A DNA stretch of 62,311 nucleotides, filler included. It is 4 parts of 4 records of this genome, joined end to end, with 100 filler letters (N's around TTAATTAATTAA, not from the genome) between each part and the next. Parts side by side here need not be neighbours in the genome. Positions count along the whole stretch, not along the records: positions 1 to 19,393 come from SRR31156797_3693; 3 more parts are not named here. One strand, 5' to 3'. A program made the translations under genes and the position numbers. Below, piece by piece: positions 1 through 10,009 of the stretch; position 1 is the first letter of the stretch; each line of letters begins with the position of its first letter. The notes beneath the pieces were generated by a model that did no database searches, had not been told where the DNA came from, and was given only the letters and a program-made list of their open reading frames with translations.

Positions 1-135
1 AAAAGGGAATCCGGTTAAATTCCGGAACGGGCCCGCCGCTGTAACCGGGGACAAATCTCACAGAAAAAGCCACTGATTGCTAAGCAACTGGGAAGGCGTG
101 GGAGATGAGTGATCCGGGAGTCAGAAGACCTACCT
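1..135 (+). ncRNA. Cobalamin riboswitch (5' end probably clipped by contig start)
   Basis: AAAAGGGAATCCGGT..TCCGGAACGGGCCCGCCGCTGTAA, GCCACTG...GGGAAGG and the B12-box GAGTCAGAAGACCTACC; directly upstream of a cbi operon. Confidence 0.95.
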
Positions 136-193
136 GCAAAACGACCATGCTTCCGGCAAAAAGGTGGTCGTCCGACTCAGGGACTAAAGGGAC

Positions 194-232
194 AACCTGA
201 ATCAACAGCAAAGTTGATTCAGGTTTTTTTTT
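194..232 (+). terminator. Intrinsic terminator, likely expression platform of the riboswitch
   Basis: 13-bp stem AACCTGAATCAAC / GTTGATTCAGGTT running into a T tract, between the aptamer and cbiK. Confidence 0.85.
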
Positions 233-331
233 GGCCAATTACCGGCAGGGGATCATGGTGCATCACAAATATTCACCTTTCAATTCAGGCACCTTTTTTT
301 ATAAGCGAACAGGTTACAAGGGCGAATAAGT

Positions 332-1234
332 ATGGGGCAAAAAAATGCTATAGTGCTTGCCATGTTCGGCACCAGTGCCGAGTCGGCCCTGCCCGGCCTG
401 CTCAATATATACCGCTGTTTCCAGGAAGCATTTCCACTCACACCTATTCGTCTGGCCTTTACGTCCAACATCATCCGCGGTATCTGGAAGAAACGTTTTA
501 TTGATCCTGAGTACCGACCACAAAACACCTCGCTTCCTGACGAAATTTTCAATGTCCAGGGCCAACTGGCTACAATTGCCAACCTGCAAGATCAGGGATA
601 CAGGGCAATAGTAGTCCAGGCGATTCAGATGGCGCCTGCCGAGGAATTCCATGATCTGTCCAGCTATGTCAAGGCACTGGCGGGGATTCGGACCATGAAA
701 CCACATTGGCAGCCATTTGATAGGCTTGTCATCGGGCGGCCGATCCTTGGCACCTACAGTCAAGCTCACCCATACGGAGACGATATCCTGGAATTTGCAA
801 AAACCCTGGAGGACGATGTAAAGCAGGCCGCAACGCAAGGCACAGCTCTAGTCTATATGGGCCACGGCAATCCTATTTTTCCAACCGGCGGACTCTATAT
901 CGAACTCGAATCCAGAATGCGAGCCATGTACCCGCAAGTCCCCATATATATCGGGACTATCGAAGGATATCCGTCCTTGGACGAGATACTCGCAGGACTT
1001 GCGACAAAAGGTGCGCAAAAAGTGATGCTCAAGCCCCTGCTGATCGTTGCAGGCAGCCATGCCCTCAAAGACATGGTCAGCGAGCAGCCAGATTCGTGGC
1101 AGTCACGATTGACCACAGCCGGACACCATGTCATTCCCTTGGTTAAAGGCTTGGGAGAACAAACACCAGTTGCCCGTTTATTTGTTAAACACGCTGCCCA
1201 GGCAGCAATTGATGCCGGTATCGAGTTGCAATAA
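332..1234 (+). CDS. cbiK: Sirohydrochlorin cobaltochelatase
   Basis: AIVLAMFGTS, LAFTSNIIR, YMGHG and PLLIVAGSHA motifs; first gene after the B12 riboswitch. Confidence 0.9.
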   Translation: MGQKNAIVLAMFGTSAESALPGLLNIYRCFQEAFPLTPIRLAFTSNIIRGIWKKRFIDPEYRPQNTSLPDEIFNVQGQLATIANLQDQGYRAIVVQAIQMAPAEEFHDLSSYVKALAGIRTMKPHWQPFDRLVIGRPILGTYSQAHPYGDDILEFAKTLEDDVKQAATQGTALVYMGHGNPIFPTGGLYIELESRMRAMYPQVPIYIGTIEGYPSLDEILAGLATKGAQKVMLKPLLIVAGSHALKDMVSEQPDSWQSRLTTAGHHVIPLVKGLGEQTPVARLFVKHAAQAAIDAGIELQ

Positions 1235-1235
1235 G

Positions 1236-2276
1236 ATGAATATCGTTACCAAAGAATTGTATCCCATCCTTTTTCTATCCACGGTTCTCTTTGTTTTAGT
1301 TGCAGTTTCTGCCACCATGGGATTTCTGTCGGTATCGGTGATGGATGTGATCCGAATCATAGGTGCACAATTATTACAGCAGCCGCTGACAAATATTGAC
1401 CCGGTGGCAGTGACAGTGGTCACCGATGTTCGAATGCCCAGAATTGCGGCGGCAGTACTGGTAGGCGGCATGTTGGGCGTCAGCGGTACAGTTTTCCAGG
1501 CCATTCTCCTCAACCCGCTTGCCGATTCCTACACTCTCGGCATCTCTACAGGTGCTGCTTTCGGGGCCTCTCTGGTCATAGTCCTGCAAATTTTCGGTCT
1601 TGCCCTTCCACCGGCTGTATCTGTTCCCATATTTGCCTTTGCCGGCGGCATCGGCACCCTGCTACTTGTTCTCTTCCTGGCCTCTGGTGACCGCCGGCTC
1701 TCATCAACTAACCTCATCCTTGCTGGCGTCATAGTCGCAGCAATTCTTTCCGCGGCCATCGGCTTTCTCAAATTTTTGGCTGACGAACAGGTGGGGATCA
1801 TCATTTTCTGGCTCATGGGCAGTCTTTCCGGTGTATCCTGGTACAACATTTTTCTCTTGCTCCCCTTTGCCCTGATCGGAACAGGACTGGCCTTTTTTTA
1901 CGGCAGAGACTTAAATATCATGGCGACCGGTGACAGAACCTCTGTTTCACTTGGCGTCAATACTGTCCGCCTCAGAATTTCCCTGCTGGTCTGCTGTACG
2001 CTCATGACAGCACTTTCCGTTGCGGTTGCAGGTATCATAGGTTTTATAGGCCTTATCGTCCCTCACCTGCTACGCCACCTGACCGGACCTGACAATCGAC
2101 GTTTGATCCCTTTTTCCTTTTTTGCAGGTGGAATGCTACTTCTGGTTGCTGATACCATTACCAGAGCAGTGCTTCCGGCAGAGGTACCAATTGGCGTTCT
2201 CACAGCTCTCCTGGGAGGGCCTTTTTTCTGCATCATCTTTAAGAAGAGGCAACAGGATGGTAATGCAGGATTTTAA
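1236..2276 (+). CDS. FecCD/BtuC-family ABC permease
   Basis: RMPRI, NPLADSYTLGISTGA, GIIGFIGLIVPH and EVPIGVLTALLGGPFF; start moved to ATG 1236 just after the cbiK stop. Confidence 0.9.
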   Translation: MNIVTKELYPILFLSTVLFVLVAVSATMGFLSVSVMDVIRIIGAQLLQQPLTNIDPVAVTVVTDVRMPRIAAAVLVGGMLGVSGTVFQAILLNPLADSYTLGISTGAAFGASLVIVLQIFGLALPPAVSVPIFAFAGGIGTLLLVLFLASGDRRLSSTNLILAGVIVAAILSAAIGFLKFLADEQVGIIIFWLMGSLSGVSWYNIFLLLPFALIGTGLAFFYGRDLNIMATGDRTSVSLGVNTVRLRISLLVCCTLMTALSVAVAGIIGFIGLIVPHLLRHLTGPDNRRLIPFSFFAGGMLLLVADTITRAVLPAEVPIGVLTALLGGPFFCIIFKKRQQDGNAGF

Positions 2277-3084
2277 GACGGGCACATCCCCTCTGTGGTC
2301 ACTTTCAGGGATCCGGTTCAACTACGGCAAGACAGAAGTATTACACGATATCAACCTCGAACTTTTTCCCGGCCGCTGTTACGGTATTCTCGGCCCCAAC
2401 GGCAGTGGTAAGACCACCCTTCTCGATATTCTGGCTGGTGTGTTAAAGCCCACATCCGGCACGGTTTCTTTTCAGGAAAAACCGCTCAATCAATGGCCCA
2501 AGAAACAATTGGCCAGGATACTTGGACTCGTACCCCAGGATTTTATGGTTCGATTTGGCTTTACCGTTCGTGAAGCCGTTGAAATGGGACTCCACCCCCA
2601 CATGCACCGATTTGCCACCCCCAGCGAGGCTGACCTCGCCTTAATTGATAGGGCCCTGCTGGAAACAGGCATCAGGGCAATGGCCAATCGTCCGATAACA
2701 CAGTTATCAGGTGGCGAGAAACAACGGGTTGCCCTAGCCAGGACCTTAGCCCAAAATCCAGATGTGCTCCTCCTTGATGAGGCGACTTCTAACCTGGACA
2801 TCCACCACAGTCTGGAGATTCTTCGCCTCATACGACAACGCTATGAAAAAAACAACATCCATGTCGTTGCAGTCATGCATGATCTCAACCTGGCCAGTTT
2901 TTTCTGCGATGAACTTATTTTTATAAAACATGGCAAGATTGTGTACCAGGGAACAACCGACAGTATCCTGACCCCTGATGTGATTGCTGATGTTTACGAA
3001 GTAGAATCAGAGGTCGTATACAACCACTTCACTAACTGCCGTCAAGTGAGCTTTCGCCTGCCAATGGAGAAAAGACAATGCTAG
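2257..3084 (+). CDS. ABC transporter ATP-binding subunit (BtuD/FecE type)
   Basis: Walker A GPNGSGKT, signature LSGGEKQR, Walker B LLLDEAT, H-loop HDLN. Confidence 0.92.
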   Translation: MVMQDFKTGTSPLWSLSGIRFNYGKTEVLHDINLELFPGRCYGILGPNGSGKTTLLDILAGVLKPTSGTVSFQEKPLNQWPKKQLARILGLVPQDFMVRFGFTVREAVEMGLHPHMHRFATPSEADLALIDRALLETGIRAMANRPITQLSGGEKQRVALARTLAQNPDVLLLDEATSNLDIHHSLEILRLIRQRYEKNNIHVVAVMHDLNLASFFCDELIFIKHGKIVYQGTTDSILTPDVIADVYEVESEVVYNHFTNCRQVSFRLPMEKRQC

Positions 3085-3224
3085 TGCCCGCCCATAAATG
3101 GCATTTAGTCCCGATAGCGGCGTTATGCTCAAAATTTTATCCTCGGAATTTCAGTCATATGCCTGTGGTAAAATTTTTCGTATGCCTTGCTCTCACTCCA
3201 AAATCCTCATTATTGGACAGACAC

Positions 3225-4166
3225 ATGCTAACCAGACAGCGTCTTTTTCTACTTTTAATCGCCTGGAGTCTTGTCTCCGTTTCGGTGTTCGCTTCTGCTT
3301 CCATTGCAGCAAACAATGTCATCACGGACAGCGACAAGCGTACATTGGTATTTGACAAGCCATTTCAACGCATCATATCGCTCTACCCTGCCCATACCCG
3401 AAACCTGATGGATCTGGGAGCAACAGACACCATTATTGCAACCGGCAGAAGCGACGATCAACTACCAGACCTGCCAAAAGTACACTTCCGGGATGACCCG
3501 GAACGTCTTATCGCCCTTCGGCCAGATCTGGTCCTTATCCGACCCATGATCAGCAGAAGCTATCCGCAATTAATCAAACGGCTGCAGCAAGTCAACATCC
3601 AGGTTGTTTCACTGCAGCCAGCGGGGATTGATGAGCTGCTTACCTACTGGGGGACACTGGGGAAACTCACCGGCAAAAAGCAGGAAAGTATGGAATTGAT
3701 CCGCCGGTTCAGTCTGCGGCGTCAAGTCCTTCACCAGCAATTGGCAGTCGTTCCCGAGACAGAACGTAAAAGGGTCTATTTCGAAGCCATTCATAAACGC
3801 ATGAAGACTTTTGCTCCCCAATCCATGGCAATTTTTGTTTTAGAGACGGCCGGAGGAATTAATATAGCCGCAGACGCGCCACAGGTGCGCTCCACCAACA
3901 TCGCTGCCTACAGTAAGGAAAGAATTTTGGCTAAGGCAGGCAAGATCGATGTCTTTCTTGCCCAGCACGGCCGCATGAACCCTGTTACTCTTGAAGACAT
4001 ACGAAAGGAAGCCGGGTTTGACATGATCAAAGCTGTTCGTGAAAACCAGATTTATCTGATCGACGAAAAGTTGGTTTCTCGACCAACCATGGGCCTGTTG
4101 GATGCGGCCTCGATAATAATGGAAATTCTTTACCCCGAGATTGCCGACCAAGGAGCTTCGACATGA
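3225..4166 (+). CDS. Periplasmic substrate-binding protein (BtuF-like)
   Basis: Signal peptide MLTRQRLFLLLIAWSLVSVSVFA, RIISLYPAHT, ERLIALRPDLV and SRP motifs. Confidence 0.85.
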   Translation: MLTRQRLFLLLIAWSLVSVSVFASASIAANNVITDSDKRTLVFDKPFQRIISLYPAHTRNLMDLGATDTIIATGRSDDQLPDLPKVHFRDDPERLIALRPDLVLIRPMISRSYPQLIKRLQQVNIQVVSLQPAGIDELLTYWGTLGKLTGKKQESMELIRRFSLRRQVLHQQLAVVPETERKRVYFEAIHKRMKTFAPQSMAIFVLETAGGINIAADAPQVRSTNIAAYSKERILAKAGKIDVFLAQHGRMNPVTLEDIRKEAGFDMIKAVRENQIYLIDEKLVSRPTMGLLDAASIIMEILYPEIADQGAST

Positions 4167-5533
4167 AAAAGCGACCAGCCGTGCTGATTGCTGGAACCCA
4201 TTCCGGATGTGGCAAGACAACGGTCACCTTAGGAGTTATGGCTGCCTTACGAAAACGGGGTTTGCAGGTCCAGCCATTTAAATGCGGGCCTGACTTTATT
4301 GATCCCACCCTACACCAAATGGCAACGGGAAGAGTCTCCAGAAACCTTGACGCCCGCATGTGCGGCCCAGAGTTTACCAAGCGCACCTACCGCCGACACG
4401 CTTCTGATGGCGACTGTTCGGTTATAGAAGGCGTTATGGGACTCTTTGATGGTGGTGAGGGTTCTGCCGCCGCGCTGGCTACCCTGCTCAACTTACCGGT
4501 TATCCTGGTGGTTGATGTTCGCTCTGCTGCAGAATCGGTGGCTGCTGTCATCAAGGGATTTGCCACTCTTGACGAAAAGGTACGATTGGCCGGGGTTATC
4601 TGCAACCGGGTTGGTTCGGATAAACACCGCCAAATGATCACCGATGCCGTAAAGCAACACTGCCAGGTACCGCTTATCGGTTTTCTTCCCCGCAATGAGG
4701 AAATATCTATTCCCTCTCGCCATCTTGGACTTCACATGGGAGAGGAAAATCCACTCCAGCAGGGAGGCATGGACCAGCTGATTGAACTTATGGAAACCCA
4801 TATTGACCTAGATCAACTCCTGATGCTGGCCAAACAAGATGACACCCCGGAAGCAATAAAATATAACCCTGTACCGAAGCAACCGGAACCGGTCACTCCG
4901 GTCCGCATAGGAATAGCACGTGACAGCGCCTTTTGTTTTTATTATGAAGACAATCTTGACCTGCTGGCCGATGCAGGTGCGGAACTTGTCGAATTCAGTC
5001 CTCTTGCAGACAACACCTTGCCTGAAAATATCCAGGGCCTCTACCTGGGCGGCGGGTATCCTGAATTGTATGCAGAGCAGTTGAGCAACAATCACTCCAT
5101 GCGAGCAGCTATAAAAGGGTTCTGTTTTTTGGGCAGGCCGGTTTATGCTGAGTGCGGTGGTTTTATGTACCTGACCCGCTCGATAACCAACCAGGAAGGA
5201 GCGACTCTTCCCATGGCCGGTGTTTTTGAGTTTGATACAACCATGCAACCGAGACTAAGACGCCTTGGTTACAGGCAACCCCGACTTGTAAAGGACTCTA
5301 TCCTTGCACCTCAGGACACAGTTCTTCACGGACATGAATTTCATTATTCAGCAATCATGAACAACACCCCTACCGCCAGCGCCTACGTCCTAGATGACGG
5401 CAGGGCTGAAGGTTACACTTATAAAAACACCTTGGCTGGCTATGTTCATCTGCACTGGGGGCGAACGCCCCAGGTTGCCGAGCATTTTGTACAAACCTGC
5501 CGAAACCCATTGACCACACATACATCATGGTAG
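4163..5533 (+). CDS. cbiA: Cobyrinate a,c-diamide synthase
   Basis: GTHSGCGKTT, FKCGPDFIDP, IEGVMGLFDG, AECGG and GHEFHYS. Confidence 0.95.
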   Translation: MKKRPAVLIAGTHSGCGKTTVTLGVMAALRKRGLQVQPFKCGPDFIDPTLHQMATGRVSRNLDARMCGPEFTKRTYRRHASDGDCSVIEGVMGLFDGGEGSAAALATLLNLPVILVVDVRSAAESVAAVIKGFATLDEKVRLAGVICNRVGSDKHRQMITDAVKQHCQVPLIGFLPRNEEISIPSRHLGLHMGEENPLQQGGMDQLIELMETHIDLDQLLMLAKQDDTPEAIKYNPVPKQPEPVTPVRIGIARDSAFCFYYEDNLDLLADAGAELVEFSPLADNTLPENIQGLYLGGGYPELYAEQLSNNHSMRAAIKGFCFLGRPVYAECGGFMYLTRSITNQEGATLPMAGVFEFDTTMQPRLRRLGYRQPRLVKDSILAPQDTVLHGHEFHYSAIMNNTPTASAYVLDDGRAEGYTYKNTLAGYVHLHWGRTPQVAEHFVQTCRNPLTTHTSW

Positions 5534-6156
5534 AAATTCTTCAGATCGCCCCCCAGGATATCGAAGCTGAAAGCTTTCGCATCATAAGCAAAGAACTTGG
5601 CCCGACCTCGTTTACAACCGATGAATTTGCCGTTGTCCAGCGTACCATCCACGCTACCGGTGATTTCAGTTTTGCCGACAACATGCGTTTTCACAATCAT
5701 GCCGTTGAGGCAGGAATTGCCGCCATTCGTTCCGGGAAAAATATCCTGGTGGATGTAAATATGGCTGCAAGTGGGGTGTCCAAAGCAATGCTAGCGCAGT
5801 TCGGTGGTAAGGTTATCTGCCACATTGGTGAACCAGAAACAGTAGCGATGGCAACAAAAAACGGCACAACCAAGTCAGATGCGGCCATTGTCAGGGCTGC
5901 AGAAGAAAACATAGGCATTGTCGCTGTGGGCAATGCGCCGACCGCGTTACTTAAAGCAATGGAGCTCATCGAGGCAGGGACTTTTTCCCCAGACTTGATC
6001 ATTGGTGCACCAGTTGGATTTGTCAATGCTGCGGAATCCAAGGAACTGTTAGCACAGAAATCATACCCCCACATCGTTGCTCTTGGAAGAAAGGGGGGGA
6101 CACCGGTTGCAGTAGCTTCAGTAAATGCTCTTATCCGTCTTGCCAGCGCTTCTTGA
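5527..6156 (+). CDS. cbiC: Cobalt-precorrin-8 methylmutase
   Basis: IEAESFRII, IHATGD, GNAPTAL, PVGFVNAAESK and GRKGGT. Confidence 0.95.
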   Translation: MVEILQIAPQDIEAESFRIISKELGPTSFTTDEFAVVQRTIHATGDFSFADNMRFHNHAVEAGIAAIRSGKNILVDVNMAASGVSKAMLAQFGGKVICHIGEPETVAMATKNGTTKSDAAIVRAAEENIGIVAVGNAPTALLKAMELIEAGTFSPDLIIGAPVGFVNAAESKELLAQKSYPHIVALGRKGGTPVAVASVNALIRLASAS

Positions 6157-7256
6157 TTGCAGTGACAAAACAAAAAAGAAAATTACGTTCCGGCTACACC
6201 ACTGGTGCCTGCGCAGCAGCCGCTGCCAAGGCAGCAGTGTTGAAGCTTATAACTGGCAGTGCCCCTGAAGAGATAGAGATTCCTTTTCCCGATGAATCAA
6301 GGCATCGTTTTTCCCTGTGTCGATGCCTGGCCACTGATAAAGGGGTATTAGCCACAGTGGTTAAGGATGCTGGTGATGATCCGGACGTCACCAATGGTGC
6401 TGAAATAGGAGCAGAGGTCGAGCTTACCGGAAAAAACAGCGCCCAAAAGGAACAAATTCATCTGATAAACGGAGATGGAGTTGGAATCGTCACCAAACCA
6501 GGTTTAGCAGTTCCAGTTGGCGAGCCAGCCATTAATCCAGTTCCCAGAGAAATGATACAAACAGCAGTTGCCGAATCTCTTGCGGAAACAGGACATCAAG
6601 GGCAACAGCTTACAGTCTCCATATTTATCCGTGATGGAGAGGAACTTGCAAAAAAAACGCTGAACCACCGGTTGGGAGTCATAGGAGGTCTCTCCATTTT
6701 GGGCACTACCGGCATTGTACGACCTATTTCAGCCAAGGCCTGGACCGATACCATTGAGGCATCAATGAGTGTTGCCCGCGCGGCAGGCCTGGAAACAGTC
6801 ATACTCTCTACTGGCCGCACCTCGGAGAAAGCTGCCCAGCAAACGCTGAATCTTCCAGAAGAAGCACAGGTGATGATGGGTGATTACCTACTGTATGCTC
6901 TGGAAGCAGCAAAGCGCCAAGGCTTTTCGGCCATAGTATTATCAGCCATGTGGGCCAAGCTGCTCAAGGCAGCGCTTGCAATTCCCCATACCCATGTTCG
7001 CAATGGTGCCCTGGAACCTATTCAGGCAGCAGAGCTATTGGAAAAATTAGGTCTGGAGAATGAAACGGCACAGGCAATGGCCAGTGCGAACACTGCGCGG
7101 GAAATTTATGACCGCCTCATGGCTGCTGGCCGTGACGATATGGTGGACGCAGTCTGCAAAAAAGCGAAGCAGCAGGCTGAGGAGTGGTCAGGACTGCCAG
7201 TTTCCATCTATCTTGTTACCTCGGAAAATGGAGTTGTACACCATGTCCCGCATTGA
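6153..7256 (+). CDS. cbiD: Cobalt-precorrin-5B C1-methyltransferase
   Basis: LRSGYTTGACAAAA, KDAGDDPDVT, AINPVPR and GGLSILGTTG. Confidence 0.95.
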   Translation: MIAVTKQKRKLRSGYTTGACAAAAAKAAVLKLITGSAPEEIEIPFPDESRHRFSLCRCLATDKGVLATVVKDAGDDPDVTNGAEIGAEVELTGKNSAQKEQIHLINGDGVGIVTKPGLAVPVGEPAINPVPREMIQTAVAESLAETGHQGQQLTVSIFIRDGEELAKKTLNHRLGVIGGLSILGTTGIVRPISAKAWTDTIEASMSVARAAGLETVILSTGRTSEKAAQQTLNLPEEAQVMMGDYLLYALEAAKRQGFSAIVLSAMWAKLLKAALAIPHTHVRNGALEPIQAAELLEKLGLENETAQAMASANTAREIYDRLMAAGRDDMVDAVCKKAKQQAEEWSGLPVSIYLVTSENGVVHHVPH

Positions 7257-8451
7257 ACTTATAGGTATACATAGCTCGGTTCTTGATGAACAGCAACAAG
7301 CACTCATCTCCGGATGCTGTGCGGTTGTAGCCTCGACAAGGCATAAAAAAATGCTGGCCGGAATAACGATACCACTTATTCCCATCGCGCCGATCCAGCA
7401 GATGGTAGACCAGGTCAAGCAGCAACTGTTGACAGGTGATGTGGCGATCCTGGCTAGTGGCGATCCGCTTTTTTTCGGTATAGGTAAAACCCTGCTTAAC
7501 CATTTTGCCCCTTCCCAGCTTTGTATACACCCTGCACTTTCTGCCCTTCAGCTCGCATGTGCACGGTTTAAAGTTCCTTGGGATGATATATCCTGGATCA
7601 GCCTCCATGGCCGACCTGCTGGGGATATAGCAGGCAAAATCCTTGCCCATGGTAAAGTTATTCTCTTTACCGATAACACCAACACTCCTGAGTTCATTGC
7701 ACACCAACTGCTTCTAGCATTACAGGGAACACAGGATCAGAAACGGCTTGACGGCCTGCGGATGCGGGTGGCAGAAAACCTTGGCCTCCCTGACGAAACC
7801 CTCCACGAAGGTAACCTTGAGTATATCAGCAGTAAAAAGTTCAGCCCCCTTAATATGGTTCTCGTGGAGCAAATGATTCCCGAAAAAACAAACTGTTTTG
7901 GGCTAACCCAATCTGACATTCACCACTCTCGAGGATTGATAACTAAGGATGAGGTCAGAGCGGCATCCCTCCATAAACTTTGCTTACCTCAAAAGGGCGT
8001 TTTTTGGGACATCGGCGGCGGCTCAGGCAGTATTTCTCTGGAAGCAGCCAGACTCAACCCGGACCTCACTGTTTACACCATTGAAAAAAAGGCTGAGGAA
8101 CAGGAAAACATCCGCCGCAACATCAGAGAATTCAATACCTACAACATACACCTCGTTTGCGGAGAAGCACCTGAATCCCTGGAGCAACTCCCCCCCCCTG
8201 ATCGAATATTCATTGGCGGCAGCGGTAGTCACCTAGAGGCTATTATTGTTTTTAGTGCAGGAAGAATGAAAAAGGGCGGAAAACTAGTCGTCAATGCAGT
8301 CCTTCAAAAAACTGCTGCTAAAGCGCCCGTCTACCTGCAGCAGCAGGGGCTAATCGTTGAAACGACAACAATTGCAGTGACCCGGCAACAGATGAACGAA
8401 CTACAACCAACCGTTTTTAACCCTATCACTATTATCACAGGCAGCTCATGA
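7243..8451 (+). CDS. cbiET: Fused precorrin-6Y C5,15-methyltransferase (decarboxylating) CbiE-CbiT
   Basis: LASGDPLFFGIG and SLHGR (CbiE); ITKDEVR, WDIGGGSGSIS and PDRIFIGG (CbiT); start at ATG 7243. Confidence 0.92.
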   Translation: MSRIELIGIHSSVLDEQQQALISGCCAVVASTRHKKMLAGITIPLIPIAPIQQMVDQVKQQLLTGDVAILASGDPLFFGIGKTLLNHFAPSQLCIHPALSALQLACARFKVPWDDISWISLHGRPAGDIAGKILAHGKVILFTDNTNTPEFIAHQLLLALQGTQDQKRLDGLRMRVAENLGLPDETLHEGNLEYISSKKFSPLNMVLVEQMIPEKTNCFGLTQSDIHHSRGLITKDEVRAASLHKLCLPQKGVFWDIGGGSGSISLEAARLNPDLTVYTIEKKAEEQENIRRNIREFNTYNIHLVCGEAPESLEQLPPPDRIFIGGSGSHLEAIIVFSAGRMKKGGKLVVNAVLQKTAAKAPVYLQQQGLIVETTTIAVTRQQMNELQPTVFNPITIITGSS

Positions 8452-9206
8452 GTATGGAAAAGACACAGCCGACTGGACACCTCTACCTCGTTGGCATTGG
8501 ACCAGGAGACCCTGAACTTATCACCTATAAAGCTGGACGTATCCTGAATGATACTGCAATATGGGCCGTCCCAAAATCCAAAAATGCCAACGGCTCAAGT
8601 GCCCTGCAGATTGCTGGCGGACTCATAGATGCTTCGGATAAAAAAATTCTTGACCTTGATTTTGCCATGAAAAAGGTCTTTCTGGGAGAGGCGCTTGACC
8701 AACGACTCCTTGATGCCTGGCGTGCTTCCGCTGCAGAAGTAATAAAATATCTTGATCAGGGAGAAGATGTAGTTTTTCCCACCTTAGGCGATCCAACTCT
8801 CTACTCCACAGCCTTTTACCTGCTGCCTATGATCCAGGAAAAACGCCCTGATGTTGAGGTCACGGTAGTCCCAGGAATCACAGCCATGGCTGCTTGTGCA
8901 GCTGGTCAGGCGTCCCCGCTGGCACTTGGCAATGACGTACTCACTGTGGTTCCAGCAACCTTTGACGATGACAGGCTCAGAGATATTCTGACCACCCTTG
9001 ATGCCATAGTCCTCATGAAGGTTCATCGTAAAATGGACGATCTGGTTGCTCTGCTCACCGAGCTGGACCTGGTTGACAATGCAGTACTGTTCGAACGTTT
9101 AGGCCTTCCAGGAGAAAAGGTCTATACCGATATCCGTCACACCTTAGGCAAAGATCTGCATTATTTCTCCACCATGGTTATAAGAAAAAAACAGATACAG
9201 GTATAA
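8448..9206 (+). CDS. cbiL: Cobalt-precorrin-2 C20-methyltransferase
   Basis: GIGPGDPELITYKA, TLGDPTLYST, VLMKV and YFST. Confidence 0.9.
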   Translation: MSMEKTQPTGHLYLVGIGPGDPELITYKAGRILNDTAIWAVPKSKNANGSSALQIAGGLIDASDKKILDLDFAMKKVFLGEALDQRLLDAWRASAAEVIKYLDQGEDVVFPTLGDPTLYSTAFYLLPMIQEKRPDVEVTVVPGITAMAACAAGQASPLALGNDVLTVVPATFDDDRLRDILTTLDAIVLMKVHRKMDDLVALLTELDLVDNAVLFERLGLPGEKVYTDIRHTLGKDLHYFSTMVIRKKQIQV

Positions 9207-9208
9207 CA

Positions 9209-9991
9209 ATGACAGTACAGGAACATGCAACCACTCAGAACCATTCTCACCCTGTTGTTTTTCTTGGTGCTGGCCCCGGAGATCCGGAATTAATCACCGT
9301 AAAAGGACGTCGCCTGCTCGACCAGGCAGACCTGATTATTTATGCAGGGAGCCTGGTGAACAAAGCACTGTTGACCGGTGTACAAGGTGAGTGTTTTGAC
9401 AGTGCTGGGATGGATCTTGAACAAATCCTAAAACACATTATAGCAGGCTACCGTAAAGGGCAAAAAGTTATCCGCCTCCACACCGGCGACCCAGCAATTT
9501 ACGGAGCTATTCGGGAACAAATGCAATGGCTCGACAAGGAAGAGATACCTTACGAGGTTGTTCCTGGAGTCAGCTCTGCCTTTGCCACTGCAGCCACCCT
9601 AAAAAAAGAACTGACAGTGCCTGAAGTGACCCAAACAGTCATCCTCACCCGACAGGCAGGACGAACCCCGGTTCCGGAACGGGAATCTCTCCGGAATCTT
9701 GCAGCCGCCCAGGCCACCATGTGTATTTTTCTCAGTGTCTCCATGATGGATAAAGTTGCTGCTGACCTTATTGCCGGTGGCTACACGCCAGAAACCCCGA
9801 TAGCAGTGGTTGAAAAAGCCAGCTGGCCCGAGGAAAAGAAACTGATTGGAACCTTGGCAGACATTGATGAAAAAATTAAGGCATCTGGCATTAGAAAAAC
9901 GGCTATGATCATCGTCGGACCGGCCCTGGACATGGAGAGCACCATCGCATCAAAGCTCTACGACACCAAGTTCAAGCACGAATACCGATAG
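9209..9991 (+). CDS. cbiF: Cobalt-precorrin-4 C11-methyltransferase
   Basis: GAGPGDPELITVKG, RLHTGDPAIYGAIREQ, ELTVPEVTQTVILTR and SKLYD. Confidence 0.95.
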   Translation: MTVQEHATTQNHSHPVVFLGAGPGDPELITVKGRRLLDQADLIIYAGSLVNKALLTGVQGECFDSAGMDLEQILKHIIAGYRKGQKVIRLHTGDPAIYGAIREQMQWLDKEEIPYEVVPGVSSAFATAATLKKELTVPEVTQTVILTRQAGRTPVPERESLRNLAAAQATMCIFLSVSMMDKVAADLIAGGYTPETPIAVVEKASWPEEKKLIGTLADIDEKIKASGIRKTAMIIVGPALDMESTIASKLYDTKFKHEYR

Positions 9992-10009
9992 CACCCAAAA
10001 ACCATTGCA

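Noticed and set aside
109-504. 131-aa ORF in the leader
   Set aside because: Overlaps the riboswitch, its terminator and cbiK in another frame
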